Of a DNA stretch of 64,000 bases, positions 10,512 through 21,641 are shown in pieces. Where the stretch lies: assembly GCA_964291265.2 (NCBI GenBank), contig OZ219747.1, forward strand, positions 3,200,001 to 3,264,000, written 5' to 3'. The stretch is from Alphaproteobacteria bacterium (GTDB lineage Bacteria > Pseudomonadota > Alphaproteobacteria > SP197). Within the stretch, counting starts at the first letter, position 1. Every line of letters begins with the position of its first letter. The translations under genes and the position numbers were made by a program. The notes beneath the pieces were generated by a model, which worked only from the letters and a program-made list of their open reading frames with translations, did no database searches and was not told the DNA's origin.

Positions 10512-11129
10512 CCTGGAGCTACTGTTCCGGGACCTGCTGTTCCAGGGCCTGCATGCCCCGTTTCTGGCGAACATTGGCGGCGCCCGACACGACTTACGCG
10601 TATCTGGCGGACCTCATGCCGGCATGGGCCGGATCGGTTCACCGCGATCTTCCAGGCCATTCGGCTGATGAAGGAAACGCCGTGACATGCCGTATCGAAG
10701 GTCTTCCGTGACACGAGTCGGAGACTTGCGGGGGGAAGTGCCGATGCTCCCACTCGAGAGCGAGTTTCCTTGACGATTTGCCTGCTGGCAATGCTGAGCC
10801 AGAGAGCTGTATCGCCGTGACTGTCACAAGACTTGCGCCATCGCACCCGAGGAGGGAGCGCAGCACACTCCAGGGAAGCGCCATGAACAAGACCCTCGCG
10901 CCGTTGAGGCGGTTCGGTTTCAATGGGTTTGTCGTTGTGGGTGATGTCGTCGCCGACCCAGTGAGTCGCGGGCGCACGGCGACAGCTTGCGGAGGGGAGG
11001 TTGCCGGTCGCGCAGTGGTTGATCCTGGCGTGAAGGACGAGGCAGTCACCGGAACCCATGGAATCATGACGATTTCGTGGTCATCGTCGATAGAGACCAG
11101 CCGGGCGGCAAGGGGCAGGTCTTCAAGTC

Positions 11130-11470
11130 GGCATGGCTGTCTTTCGGATCGAAGTGAAGCGATCGGCAGCGTTGGTCGCGCATCAGGTGGGAACCGCGCA
11201 CGTACCGCAACGCAGGCTCGACCGGAACCGGGGCGCCTGCGACATGACGGCCGACAAGGTCTGGGTCAGCATCGGGGATCGACCACGACACCGCGTCGAC
11301 CGCCGTGGGGAGCGTGCTGCGGTGGTGGTGGAGCATGGGCCGCTCCCTGTACCGGGTGTTGATGGCTGCACCTGATCACGGCCGACGGCGGAGGCTCCTG
11401 ACAGCAGCTGCAACCGGCTGTGGAATGTCGAGCTGCAGCGCCTGGCCGACGAACCCGGCCTGAAGCGCCG
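11130..11470 (+). pseudogene. ISAzo13-family transposase relic (frameshifted)
   Basis: Fragments G.CDMTADKVWVSIG/IDHDTA, AVGSVLRWWWSMGRSLY, LITADGGGS and NRLWNVELQRLADE; start approximate. Confidence 0.7.
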
Positions 11471-11688
11471 GTCGGGGATCGAACGACCATCCTCTCGGCG
11501 TTGAGGTCTGGACGAAGCAGATGAGGGCCCTGGACCGGCGTGGCGACGACTCTCCCACGGCGCATGGAACGACATCCTGATCAATGTGCTTTGACGAGAC
11601 GCCTTGCCGTCACCGCCGAAGGGATGCCGGGTAGATCAGGGAGTCGATCGAGGATGATTCAGCAGGGCAATCGTTCCCATGTCACTGA

Positions 11689-11778
11689 TGGCGGATGGGG
11701 TGGGATTCGAACCCACGAGACGCTGTGACGCCTGCCGGTTTTCAAGACCGGTGCCTTCAACCGCTCGGCCACCCATCC
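11689..11778 (-). tRNA. tRNA-Ser (anticodon TGA)
   Basis: 90 nt; acceptor GGATGGG/CCCATCC, anticodon arm CCGGT-CTTGAAA-ACCGG, long variable arm, GGTTCGAATCC, encoded CCA. Confidence 0.97.
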
Positions 11779-11814
11779 GGAGAGCTGTTCCTTAAGGGGC
11801 GTGTGGCGCCGGGG

Positions 11815-12666
11815 TCAAGGTGAACGTCGCAGAAAGGCGATGAACAGCAGTGAGGTCGCGAACATGACGAGGCTGTAGGTCGCCGCCGGGATGACGACGG
11901 GACCCGCACCGAACAGAAGCACGGCAACAGCGATGGCAAGCGTGCCGTTCTGCAGGCCACACTCGATCGAAATGGCGATCCTCTGCGGTTTTCCCGATGC
12001 CAGGATTCCGGCAAGGCCCCAGGCGAGCGCCATCATGACGACGTTGAGCACGAGCGTGACGAGACCGGCGTCCGCGAAATAGGGAACGATGTTGTCACGC
12101 TCCTGGAAGATGGCTCCGACGAGGACCAGAACAAAGAGCACCGTCGCGATGCGTCGCGACCACGGTTCCACGGCCCGTGCCAGACCCTCGACGTAGCGGC
12201 GCAAGACAACACCGGCCAGGACGGGCAAGGTGACGATGACGAACACACTGACGGCCGTTTCGGTGACCGAGATGTCATCAGCTTCCATGGAGCCGATGAG
12301 ATGCCGATAGGACATGACCACCACCAGCGGAATGGTGATCACGCTGACGAGGCTGATGATGGCTGTCAGTGAAATCGACAGGGCCACGTCGCCACGGGCA
12401 AAGGAAGTCAGGAGATTGGACGTGACCCCGCCGGGAGCTGCGGCGATGATCATGACGCCAAGCGCGAGTTCAGGCGAAAGCGGCCACAGGCTGACCAGGA
12501 TCAGGGCAACAAGCGGCAGGAGAATGATCTGCGAGAAGGCGCCTGCCAAGAACTCCTTGGGTCGCTTCGCCACCCGTGCGAAGTCGTCGAAGGCAAGGCC
12601 CAGGCCCAGCGAGAACATGATGAACGCCAGGGCAATCGGAAGAATGATGTCAGTGACGATCCCCAT
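11815..12666 (-). CDS. Bile acid:sodium symporter (BASS) family transporter
   Basis: IMFSLGLGL, PGGVTSN and ECGLQNG motifs; hydrophobic. Confidence 0.92.
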   Translation of the reverse strand: MGIVTDIILPIALAFIMFSLGLGLAFDDFARVAKRPKEFLAGAFSQIILLPLVALILVSLWPLSPELALGVMIIAAAPGGVTSNLLTSFARGDVALSISLTAIISLVSVITIPLVVVMSYRHLIGSMEADDISVTETAVSVFVIVTLPVLAGVVLRRYVEGLARAVEPWSRRIATVLFVLVLVGAIFQERDNIVPYFADAGLVTLVLNVVMMALAWGLAGILASGKPQRIAISIECGLQNGTLAIAVAVLLFGAGPVVIPAATYSLVMFATSLLFIAFLRRSP

Positions 12667-12797
12667 GGCGCCCTCCGTCCTGCTGGTCGGATGCTAATGG
12701 AATGACAGTCTGTGGGCAACGCGTCGCTGTCATGAGCTTGTCGAAACGCCCGAGAACCGGCACACTCGCTCGCCGTCGCCGGCCTGACAGGAAAAGC

Positions 12798-13049
12798 ATG
12801 CGGATCACCTTCAAGCTCTTTGCCTCGTTGGCGCCCTATCTGCCCGACGACGCGTACAGGAATGCGGTTGCACTCGAAGTGGAAGAGGGCGCCACAATCG
12901 GTGCGGTCCTTGATCGTTGCGCCGTTCCACGTCAGATGTGCCATCTCGTGCTTGTCAACGGATTCTTCGTGCCACCCTCAGCACGCGACACACGGGTCCT
13001 CTCGGACGGTGATACCCTGGCCGCCTGGCCGCCCGTCGCCGGTGGGTGA
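12798..13049 (+). CDS. MoaD/ThiS-family sulfur-carrier protein
   Basis: MRITFKLFASL ... LVLVNG ... WPPVAGG with a C-terminal GG. Confidence 0.9.
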   Translation: MRITFKLFASLAPYLPDDAYRNAVALEVEEGATIGAVLDRCAVPRQMCHLVLVNGFFVPPSARDTRVLSDGDTLAAWPPVAGG

Positions 13050-13077
13050 TGCCACGTCGCACGTGGTCGCAAAGGAC

Positions 13078-13341
13078 ATGGCGACCACTCCCGGAGAGTT
13101 CCATCGCCTGATTCCACGACTTGCCCAGGACATGGCGTGCGTTGCGAAAGAAGGACATGTGCGGATCGGAGGGGCCGGAAAGGGTGTCATGATCACCACC
13201 ACGGTTCTGGAGCCGCGCCGCATCGCCGGCCTTGTCCTTGAGCGGTGCCGTGTGGAATTGGCGTTCACGGGCATGGATGGCGGCGAGGTCGCCGAGTTCA
13301 TGGCGCGCTTCGACCGCGTCTACCACAAGGGGGGAGGATGA
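13078..13341 (+). CDS. Small conserved hypothetical protein ending in GGG (upstream GTG start possible)
   Basis: Follows the MoaD-like gene; ends ...[14 protein letters not shown]. Confidence 0.65.
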   Translation: MATTPGEFHRLIPRLAQDMACVAKEGHVRIGGAGKGVMITTTVLEPRRIAGLVLERCRVELAFTGMDGGEVAEFMARFDRVYHKGGG

Positions 13342-14303
13342 GCCTGGACGAGTCGGCCGAGCCGCACGGCTGTCTTGCCGGGCATGGGTTCGCGGGCCGG
13401 CATCACCAGAACGCAATCAGGGTAGGGGGTGCGAACGGGGTGGTCGCCGTCATGGGCAATCAGCGTTGACTCTTCGGCGATGGTCTCGAATCCCTGGAAC
13501 GAGCGCACGAACCGGAATTCGTCAGTCTTGATGGTGACAGGATGGGTCACCTCGACAAAGACCTGCGGTTCATCATCTCCCCGAGACAGGTGGGTGTCGG
13601 CAAAACTGCCTGAGACAACGCCAAGGTGCCGGAGAAAGCGCAGTGACGTCTCAATGGCGATATCCGTCGCCTCGGTGTGGAAATGATAGCCGCACTCCAC
13701 AAGGCAGGCGCTTCTGGGGCTTTCGGGATCGTCGAATGCGGCAAAGTCCCGCACCCTCCTTCCGGCGTCGTGTCCACGATCCATGACGACATGGCGCGGC
13801 TTGCCGATGGCCGCCGCCAGGGCGCGGCCCTTCGCTCTCTGGCCGGCCAGCAGCATGGCGGGTTGCGGCAGATCAACCGAATGGATATCGAGGAGATGAT
13901 CGGCGGCTCCGAACACCGCGCGCATGGCCCGGGCACGGACGAGTTCCTGGCTCGTTCGCGGACCATCCAGAGTGCTCTGATCCCACAGTCGGTTGAAATC
14001 CTCGTCGACAAAGCGGGACGCATAGGGATTGGCGGCATCGAATGCCTCGTAGGCCGCGACATTCGCAAAGCTCAGGGTGAGCCGGCCACGGACCGGACGT
14101 ACCTCGTTCTCGAACAGGTATGCCAATGCGTGGGCGCCACACAGTTCATTGCCGTGTGTGAGTGCATTCACCATCACGTGGGGGCCGGGGAGACCGCTGT
14201 CGAAGGTGGTGATGTAATCGATGCCGGTGTTACCCTTGCGGTAAGCCGAGATGTCACAGGGCAGCAGACGCACATCGGGATGGGTCTCAATGCCGTTGCT
14301 CAT
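13320..14303 (-). CDS. Succinylglutamate desuccinylase/aspartoacylase (M14-like) family hydrolase
   Basis: THGNE, DFNRLW, LDIHS and VECG motifs. Confidence 0.88.
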   Translation of the reverse strand: MSNGIETHPDVRLLPCDISAYRKGNTGIDYITTFDSGLPGPHVMVNALTHGNELCGAHALAYLFENEVRPVRGRLTLSFANVAAYEAFDAANPYASRFVDEDFNRLWDQSTLDGPRTSQELVRARAMRAVFGAADHLLDIHSVDLPQPAMLLAGQRAKGRALAAAIGKPRHVVMDRGHDAGRRVRDFAAFDDPESPRSACLVECGYHFHTEATDIAIETSLRFLRHLGVVSGSFADTHLSRGDDEPQVFVEVTHPVTIKTDEFRFVRSFQGFETIAEESTLIAHDGDHPVRTPYPDCVLVMPAREPMPGKTAVRLGRLVQAHPPPLW

Positions 14304-15067
14304 GTGATGAACTGCTCCTTGAGAATACGTTCCTCGAGATCGTGTTCGGGGTCGAACAGCAACCGCACGGAACGATTCCCGTCCGGCGCCACGTCAACCC
14401 TCACGACATCGCGCACCTCGGTGGAATCCGCAACCGCGCTGACAGGCCGCTTGACGTGATCGAGCACCTCGAAACCGACACCGGAATTGTCCGGCAGGAT
14501 GGCGCCCCTCCAACGACGAGGCCGGAAGGCACTGATCGGAGTCAGGGCCAGCGCGTGAGATCCGATAGGGAGGATGGGCCCGTGGGCGGAGAGATTGTAG
14601 GCGGTGCTGCCGGCGGCGGTGGCGACCATGACGCCATCGCACATCAGTTCGTCCATGCGCACGATTTCATCGATGCGGATCCGTATCTTCGCCGTCTGGC
14701 TTGTTTCGCGGAACAGCGACACCTCATTGATGGCCACGGCCTCGTGGCGAACTCCTCCGACGTCGATGGCGGTCATGGACAGGGGTTTCAGGACCGTCAT
14801 CCGGGCGGCGTCGAGTCGTTCGATCAGATCATGAGTCGCGAAGGTGTTCATCAGGAAGCCGATGGAACCACGATTCATGCCGTAGACCCCGACATCCCTG
14901 TCGAGATGGCGGTGCAGGGTCTCGAGCATGAAACCATCGCCACCCAGGGCAACGATGACCCTGGCATCATTGACGCTCGAGCAACCGTAGCGCGCGGCAA
15001 GCTCGTCACGTGCTTGCTGTGCCCTGACATCTGTTGATGCAACGAAGGCGATGTCCGGCCTTTCCAA
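14300..15067 (-). CDS. nadK: NAD kinase
   Basis: [19 protein letters not shown] and [21 protein letters not shown]; TTG start inferred. Confidence 0.93.
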   Translation of the reverse strand: MERPDIAFVASTDVRAQQARDELAARYGCSSVNDARVIVALGGDGFMLETLHRHLDRDVGVYGMNRGSIGFLMNTFATHDLIERLDAARMTVLKPLSMTAIDVGGVRHEAVAINEVSLFRETSQTAKIRIRIDEIVRMDELMCDGVMVATAAGSTAYNLSAHGPILPIGSHALALTPISAFRPRRWRGAILPDNSGVGFEVLDHVKRPVSAVADSTEVRDVVRVDVAPDGNRSVRLLFDPEHDLEERILKEQFIT

Positions 15068-15238
15068 GACCCTGCCTCCCCGATGTCGTGAATGGCATCG
15101 ACCTGATGCCGGGGCAAGCGTTACAGGATGGCCCCGAGCGTGTCCATCGAAACAACGCGCCGGAAGAATTCGTCCTGCTTCCCAACGAGGCTCCGGCACC
15201 ATAGGTTCCGGTTGCTGCCGCCTCCGGAGCCCATCACC

Positions 15239-16021
15239 ATGCCGCGATTTGCTGCCAATCTCTCCACCATGTTCACGGAAGTTCCTCTTCGGGAACGGTT
15301 TGCCCTCGCTGCGGACGCGGGGTTCGAGGCCGTCGAGATCCAGGAGCCCTATGAACTGCCGGCCGAGACAGTTGTCAGGGAACTGAAGGAATGTGGTCTT
15401 GACCTGGTGCTGGTCAACTCGCCGGGCGGCGAGGCGGGACTGGCCGGCATTCCGGGTGTCGAGGGCGAGTTTGACGACTGTCTCAAGGTGGCGCTCGACT
15501 ATGCAGCCGTCACCGGTACCGGCCTTGTCCACGTTCTTTCCGGAATTCTCCCTCCGGCGACTGCCCTTGAAGCCTGCGAAGAGGCGCTCGTCGACAACCT
15601 CCGCCGAGCATCCGCCGAGGCATCCTCCCGGGGCATCACGCTTCTCGTCGAACCGATCAACGAGCGCGACCTTCCCGGGTACATCCTGACACGCCAGAAT
15701 CAGGCGAGACGCGTGGTCGAGGCCGTGGATCGGGCGAATGTCAGAATCCAGTTCGACTTCTACCACTGTCAGGTCAGTGAGGGAGACCTCTCCCGCCACT
15801 TCACGGAACAGATGCCGTTGCTCGGACATGTCCAGATCTCGGACAACCCGGGCCGTCATGAACCGGGCACCGGTGAAATCAATCACGACTGGATCTTCGA
15901 CCTGATCGACCGCAGCGGATACAGGGGCTGGGTGGGGGCGGAGTACGTTCCCGCCGGCGCCACGCTGGAGGGCCTCGGCTGGTTTGCGCCATGGCGCCGC
16001 CGCAGGCCCCTGTATCCCTAA
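15239..16021 (+). CDS. hyi: Hydroxypyruvate isomerase family protein
   Basis: [37 protein letters not shown] and GAEY. Confidence 0.88.
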   Translation: MPRFAANLSTMFTEVPLRERFALAADAGFEAVEIQEPYELPAETVVRELKECGLDLVLVNSPGGEAGLAGIPGVEGEFDDCLKVALDYAAVTGTGLVHVLSGILPPATALEACEEALVDNLRRASAEASSRGITLLVEPINERDLPGYILTRQNQARRVVEAVDRANVRIQFDFYHCQVSEGDLSRHFTEQMPLLGHVQISDNPGRHEPGTGEINHDWIFDLIDRSGYRGWVGAEYVPAGATLEGLGWFAPWRRRRPLYP

Positions 16022-17976
16022 ACGGAACAGCCTGCCTTCATGCCCTCGAGGACCGCTTCCTCGCAGGTTCTGGGATTGAGGCAGTCGCCGATCTCAAGGC
16101 ATGTTCCAGGCCAGTCCGCCAGACCTTCTGCAAGCGTGGTGTCGGGTGCATGACCGACTGCCGCGACAATCGTGTCGACCGACTCGATGAGAATGATCTC
16201 GTCCGACGTGACGTGCTGCAGCCAAGCGCCCGAGGAGTCGGCGCCGACGAGACGTACGTAAGGGATGACTTCGACGCCAAGACGGTTGAGCTCACCTGCC
16301 CAGCGGTCGCGCACGTACATCTGGATCATCTGGCCCGGCATGGTGCCATTGACTGCCAGGGTCACCTGGCATCCCTCCCGGGCGAGCTTTTCGGCCAGGC
16401 CAAGGCCCGTCCAGTCGCAGCGCCAGTCGGCGACCACGACCCGGGAACCGACCGAGGCCTCGCGACGGATGACCTGCCAAGCGTCCACAAGCATGATATG
16501 ACCATCGGTCTCGATGTCGGGAACCAGCGGTCGTGCACCTGCTGCCACGATCACGGTGTCGGCTTCCCAGTCCTCCAGGGTCTGTCGTGTCACCCTGGTA
16601 CCCAGTTTCACCTCCACTGCGTGACGGGCCATCTCCCGCTGAAGATTGGTCACGATTCCACCGAATTCGGCGCGTCCGGGCAACTCCTGGGCCAGCAGGA
16701 CCTGGCCTCCGAGGCGAAGTGACTGTTCGGCAAGAATGACCCGGTGGCCGCGTTCCGCAGCCACGGCTGAAGCCTTCATGCCTGCCGGCCCGCCGCCCGC
16801 CACGACCACGGTCCGCGACACCCTGGCCGGAGGCTTGTCAGTGTACTCCACTTCACGGCCGGTTTCCGGGTGCTGGATGCAGGAGATGCCGTGGCCGATC
16901 TGCATGTGACCGATACAGGCCTGATTGCAGGCAATGCATGCGCGGATATCGTCGACGCGCCCCGTGCGCGCCTTGGCGGCCATTTCGGGGTCGGCAATCT
17001 GCGCCCGTGTCATCCCTGTCATGTCGGCCTGGCCGGTGGCGAGGATGGTCTCCGCATCCTGGGGTTGATTGATCCTGCCGGCGACAAACACCGGGATCGG
17101 CACCAGCTGCTTCACGGTGGCGGCAAGGGGGGCAAGGTAGGCGGCCTCGATGTTCATCGGCGGAACCACGTGAATCGACCCTCCGAGACCCATCATGGAG
17201 CCGGCGATGACACTGATGTAGTCGAGTCCTCCGGCGTTTCCGGTCTGCCGGCACACCTCGAGCAGTTCCTCGGGGTCGTTGCCACCGGTCTGCATCTCGT
17301 CGCCGGAAATCCGCATACCGACGACCATCGCCGGGCCTGCATGGTCACGCACACAGGCGATGATTTCTTCAAGGAACCGCATGCGGTTCGTCAACGATCC
17401 GCCATAGGCATCCTGGCGCCTGTTCATGGCCGGATTGAGGAATTGCGCTGGAAGCAGGCTGTGGCTGGCGAGGATCTCGACCCCGTCCAGTCCCGCCTTC
17501 CTCATGCGTCCGGCAGCGGCGCCGTAGGCGTTGACGAGCTCGCCGATCATGGCGAGTGGCAGGGCGCGAGAGATGGTGTGGGAGCGCTGTGCCTTCACCT
17601 GGGAGGGGCCGAACGCGATGCCGTGACTGCCGTCGGGGGTCGTCACGCCATAGGCCCCGGAATGACCGAGCTGGCCAAAGATCATGCACTCGTGGCGATG
17701 CACGGCATCGGCGGTACGCCGGTAGGGAGGGATGCAGGCGTCACCGGAAGCATCGAGATTGCGCCACCCGCCGCTGGGATGGACCCTTGCCGACTCGGTG
17801 ATGATCAGGCCCGCTCCACCCCGTGCACGGGCCTCGTGATAGGCGGCAAAGCGATCGTCAGGCAACATGTCCGCGTCGAGCAGACAGGTCATGTGACCGG
17901 TCGAGAAGATGCGGTTGCGGAACGTGCACGGTCCGACGGCAAGGGGAGAAAAGAGAGTCGGGAAGCGCTCCGCCAT
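16018..17976 (-). CDS. NADH:flavin oxidoreductase (OYE-like TIM barrel plus FAD/4Fe-4S domain)
   Basis: [31 protein letters not shown] and GGGPAG. Confidence 0.9.
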   Translation of the reverse strand: MAERFPTLFSPLAVGPCTFRNRIFSTGHMTCLLDADMLPDDRFAAYHEARARGGAGLIITESARVHPSGGWRNLDASGDACIPPYRRTADAVHRHECMIFGQLGHSGAYGVTTPDGSHGIAFGPSQVKAQRSHTISRALPLAMIGELVNAYGAAAGRMRKAGLDGVEILASHSLLPAQFLNPAMNRRQDAYGGSLTNRMRFLEEIIACVRDHAGPAMVVGMRISGDEMQTGGNDPEELLEVCRQTGNAGGLDYISVIAGSMMGLGGSIHVVPPMNIEAAYLAPLAATVKQLVPIPVFVAGRINQPQDAETILATGQADMTGMTRAQIADPEMAAKARTGRVDDIRACIACNQACIGHMQIGHGISCIQHPETGREVEYTDKPPARVSRTVVVAGGGPAGMKASAVAAERGHRVILAEQSLRLGGQVLLAQELPGRAEFGGIVTNLQREMARHAVEVKLGTRVTRQTLEDWEADTVIVAAGARPLVPDIETDGHIMLVDAWQVIRREASVGSRVVVADWRCDWTGLGLAEKLAREGCQVTLAVNGTMPGQMIQMYVRDRWAGELNRLGVEVIPYVRLVGADSSGAWLQHVTSDEIILIESVDTIVAAVGHAPDTTLAEGLADWPGTCLEIGDCLNPRTCEEAVLEGMKAGCSV

Positions 17977-17999
17977 GATGGCGCCGCTTCGCTCGCTGT

Positions 18000-18611
18000 T
18001 CAGGCGGCCTCGCGTTGACGCGTCCGGAAGGCGGCCACCACATCGTGACTGCTGCACCTTGCACCGTGCTGGAGATACTCCATCGCATTGAGAGAGGCAT
18101 CGTGGGCCTCGAAGCTGGATCCACCCACGCAGTCCTCGATGACATGGGCGTGATAGTCGTGCTGGTGCGCATCGACGAAGGTGTAGTGAACACAGACATC
18201 GGTCAGGCCGCCGCACAGGAACAGCGTATCGACCTTCAGTCCCTTCAGCAGGATTTCGAAGTCGGTCCCGAAGAAGGCGGAGTAGCGGCGTTTAGGGATC
18301 AGGTAGTCCACACCCTCGCGATAGGGTAGGCGGACGTGGATGCGCGTGCCCGGATGTCCCTCGACGCAGTGCACTCCCTCGTCACCGTCGAGTTCGCGTC
18401 CGAAATCCACGTGATCGGGCCGGTGCACCTCGATGATGTAGATGACAGGTACGTGGCTGGCACGCGCCGCCTCGACAAGCGGGATCACGCGGTCGATGCG
18501 CTCTTCCTCGCCTCCCATGCTGGGAATGCCGCCGTCATCGTCCTCCGGACGCCCGGTTCCCATGATGTCGACGATGACGAGGGCGGGGTTGCCTTCGCTC
18601 AGAGCTGCCAT
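18000..18611 (-). CDS. Isochorismatase-family cysteine hydrolase
   Basis: LVIVD, KRRYSAFFGT and TDVCV. Confidence 0.9.
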   Translation of the reverse strand: MAALSEGNPALVIVDIMGTGRPEDDDGGIPSMGGEEERIDRVIPLVEAARASHVPVIYIIEVHRPDHVDFGRELDGDEGVHCVEGHPGTRIHVRLPYREGVDYLIPKRRYSAFFGTDFEILLKGLKVDTLFLCGGLTDVCVHYTFVDAHQHDYHAHVIEDCVGGSSFEAHDASLNAMEYLQHGARCSSHDVVAAFRTRQREAA

Positions 18612-18640
18612 GCCGTCCTCCCCGGTGTCCTTGAGTGAAC

Positions 18641-19081
18641 TCACGATGCAAGTTCTACCCTGTCGCCAATGCTGATGGAACCGGACTTGAGAACCCGGCA
18701 GGTCACGCCGCCGCGCCAGTCGACGGCAAGGGCCTGACGCAAGCCTGTGGCCTGTTCTTCCATGCGAGCGCACGGATCGGTTTCACCCGTGACGGCGAGT
18801 TCGACATCACCGATACGGACGGTTCGGCCAAGCTGGCCCTCGACACGAAGACCGGCGATGAGAATGTTGGACCGTCGCGTTGTCCACGGCAGGCGTAGTC
18901 CCAATTCGGTGCATGCCGCATCCCAGCTTTCCCGGGTGAGGATGGTGACCTGCCGGTCGCCCGGTTCGCCGCGCAGATCGCCCTCGACCCCGGAATCGAC
19001 ACTGATCGTCGTTGTCTCGAGTTCCTCCATGGGCGCTCTCGATGCGCTACGCCGTGCCATGGCAAGTATGGTTCCAGGCAT
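18641..19081 (-). CDS. MOSC-domain protein
   Basis: GVEGD, RQVT, RRSNI, ETDPCARM and GSISIGD. Confidence 0.88.
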   Translation of the reverse strand: MPGTILAMARRSASRAPMEELETTTISVDSGVEGDLRGEPGDRQVTILTRESWDAACTELGLRLPWTTRRSNILIAGLRVEGQLGRTVRIGDVELAVTGETDPCARMEEQATGLRQALAVDWRGGVTCRVLKSGSISIGDRVELAS

Positions 19082-19171
19082 GTGTGCTCACTCTCCAGGA
19101 TGGGTGTTTTCTTGTGGCACGGACGAAGGCGGACGACAAGGAATCACGACTCAAGCGGGCCGGGATGGGCT

Positions 19172-20196
19172 ATGATGGACATGTCGGGGAAGGGCAAGCT
19201 GGTCATGGGGCGGTGCCCCCGTGGATTGCCGGAGGCGGACGATTTCAGGATTGTCGAGGAGCGTTCCGGCGACCCGGGTCCAGGCGATGTGCTGTCCCGC
19301 ACCGTCTACCTCTCCCTCGATCCCTACATGAGGGGCATGATGAACGATGCCGAGTCCTACGCAGGCCCGATGCAGATCGGGGACGTCATGATCGGCGGCA
19401 CGGTTGGCGTGGTGCTGGATTCCCGTCACAAGGCATTCAGCGCCGGTGACATGGTCGAAACCCAGGGCGGATGGCAGTCCCACGTCCTGGCGCACGGCCA
19501 CACGCTGCGGAAGGTTGATCCTTCCCTGGCGCCCGTCAGCACGGCGCTCGGGGTGCTGGGCATGCCGGGCCTCACGGCCTATCACGGCCTTGTCGATGCC
19601 TGCCGCCCGGCGGCCGGGGAGACCGTCTTCGTGTCTGCCGCATCCGGCGCCGTCGGCGCCACCGTCGGACAGGTTGCGAAGATTCTCCCCGTGTGACCGG
19701 ATGTGCGGGATCCGATGACAAGGTCGATTGGTGCCTCCAGGCTTGCGGATTTGATGCCTGCTTCAACCACCGGAATGTCACCGACCCGCAACGGGCCATC
19801 TCCGCCATGAATCCCGCAGGGATCGACATCAACTTCGAGAATGTCGGCGGCCCGATCGCGCGGGCGGCGATCATGAACCTCAACGAGCATGGTCGCATGG
19901 CGGTCTGCGGCACGATCTCGAACTACAATGCGAACGGCCAGGGCATGGTGGAGGACCATCTCTGGTGGCTCATTGTACGCCGCATCCGCATGGAGGGATT
20001 CCTGGTGACGGATTTCGCCAGGAAGCACGACGAAGCACGACGCAGACTGGCTGGCTGGATTGCCGAAGGCCGCTTGACGTGGCGCGAGGACATCGTGCAG
20101 GGGCTGGAGAATGCACCGGCGGCGTTCAATCGACTGTTCGACGGCAGCAATTTCGGCAAGCTGCTCGTCCAGGTGAGCGACAACCCGGTGGCTTGA
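19172..20196 (+). pseudogene. NADP-dependent oxidoreductase (CurA/PTGR-like), frameshifted near 19690
   Basis: LSLDPYMRG, LGMPGLTAY and AASGAVG in frame 1; AGSDDK, FENVGG and NFGKLLV continue in another frame. Confidence 0.8.
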
Positions 20197-20415
20197 CCTG
20201 ACACGGTGGTCGTCAGCCTTGCTCTGACTTACCCGACGGGCGCCGTCATGGTCCCGGACCCTCGACCACGCCCATGGCGCTGGACCACCGGACTGTCGTC
20301 AACGTGACTGCATGCCGACACGGTGGCGCAAGGGCTCATGCCCAGCTTGTGCGGTTGCGCCGGAGCCGCGCCGACTGCATGGTGGGATGGTCTGTTGACC
20401 TGGAGTTCTCCCGCC

Positions 20416-21612
20416 ATGAGTGAAACCCTGAAACTGATGCGGACCTTTCCGGCGACTTCCGGCGAACAGGTCATCCTTGCCAACATGCAGAAAGGACCGT
20501 TCAACCGCTGGGCCTTTCGCAACATGCGCCGCATGCTGCCCACCGGGAACGTCTGGCGCGGCGACGGGACGGCGCGACCACTTCAGCACGAGGCGGTGTG
20601 GCTTGACGATATAGAGTTCGAGGACGCCGACGGCGCCACGACCACTGTCGGAAGGATGATCGAGTCCGGGTACATGGACGGATTCGTGGTGCTCTGCCAA
20701 GGGGTCGTTGTCACGGAGCGCTATGCCGAAGGCGTGCTTCCTCATGAACCGCATCTCCTGATGTCGGTCACCAAGTCCTTCACCGGATCACTCACCGGAA
20801 TTCTTGTCGAGCGGGGCCTCCTGTCACCGGATGACGTCGTCACCGACATCATTCCGGAGGTCAGGGGTTCGGCCTACGACGGGGCCCTTGTTCGCCACGT
20901 TCTCGACATGACCGTGGGCATGGACTACGACGAGGACTATGACAATCCCGAGAGCGACATGGCGGGTCTCGATGCGGCCGCTGGCTGGCGTCCGGCCATC
21001 GAGGGGGCGCCGGACAACCTGCGGGAGTACGTCGCAACCATGCGTCCTTCGGGCGAGCACGGTCACGTGTTCCACTACGTGTCGACCAACACCGACCTTC
21101 TGGGATGGATCCTGGAGCGGGTATCGGGAACGGACTTTGCCACCCTGCTCAGTCGGGAAATCTGGCAGCCCATGGGGGCGGGTGAAGACGCCTACGTCAC
21201 TCTCGATCGACTCGGGGCGCCACAGACCGACGGCGGCCTGTGTGTCACCACGCGCGATCTTGCCCGTTTTGGCCAGCTCCACCTGCAGAACGGGGTCATG
21301 GACGGACGTCGCATCATCCCTGAATCGTGGATTCGCGATTTCAGGGAGAATGGCGACAGCGACGCATGGGACCGTGGCTCATTCGCCGACATGATGCCGG
21401 GGTGCCACTACCGGTCCAAGTGGTACACGGATCTCAATGATCCCCACCGGCCCTTCTTCGGCATCGGAATCCACGGTCAGATGCTCTTCGTTGATCCGGT
21501 TGCCGGAGTCGTCTGTGCTCGCCACTCAAGCCATCCCGCCCCGGCGGAGGAGAAGTTCTTCAACGACATGGAGCGTTCGTTCAGGGCCATCGCCCATGCC
21601 CTTGCCATGTGA
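20416..21612 (+). CDS. Serine hydrolase, beta-lactamase fold (NylB/6-aminohexanoate-dimer hydrolase-like)
   Basis: HLLMSVTKS (SxxK), FHYVSTNTD and GIHGQ. Confidence 0.88.
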   Translation: MSETLKLMRTFPATSGEQVILANMQKGPFNRWAFRNMRRMLPTGNVWRGDGTARPLQHEAVWLDDIEFEDADGATTTVGRMIESGYMDGFVVLCQGVVVTERYAEGVLPHEPHLLMSVTKSFTGSLTGILVERGLLSPDDVVTDIIPEVRGSAYDGALVRHVLDMTVGMDYDEDYDNPESDMAGLDAAAGWRPAIEGAPDNLREYVATMRPSGEHGHVFHYVSTNTDLLGWILERVSGTDFATLLSREIWQPMGAGEDAYVTLDRLGAPQTDGGLCVTTRDLARFGQLHLQNGVMDGRRIIPESWIRDFRENGDSDAWDRGSFADMMPGCHYRSKWYTDLNDPHRPFFGIGIHGQMLFVDPVAGVVCARHSSHPAPAEEKFFNDMERSFRAIAHALAM

Positions 21613-21641
21613 CGGTCTCCATCTGCAGTATGGTGGCTGTC

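Noticed and set aside
11689-11778. tRNA-Ser as attB of an integrated island
   Set aside because: No duplicated tRNA 3' end and no integrase seen in the window.
6007-21612. MlrC-like and NylB-like genes as microcystin or nylon degradation pathways
   Set aside because: Both are broad families and the partner pathway genes are absent.
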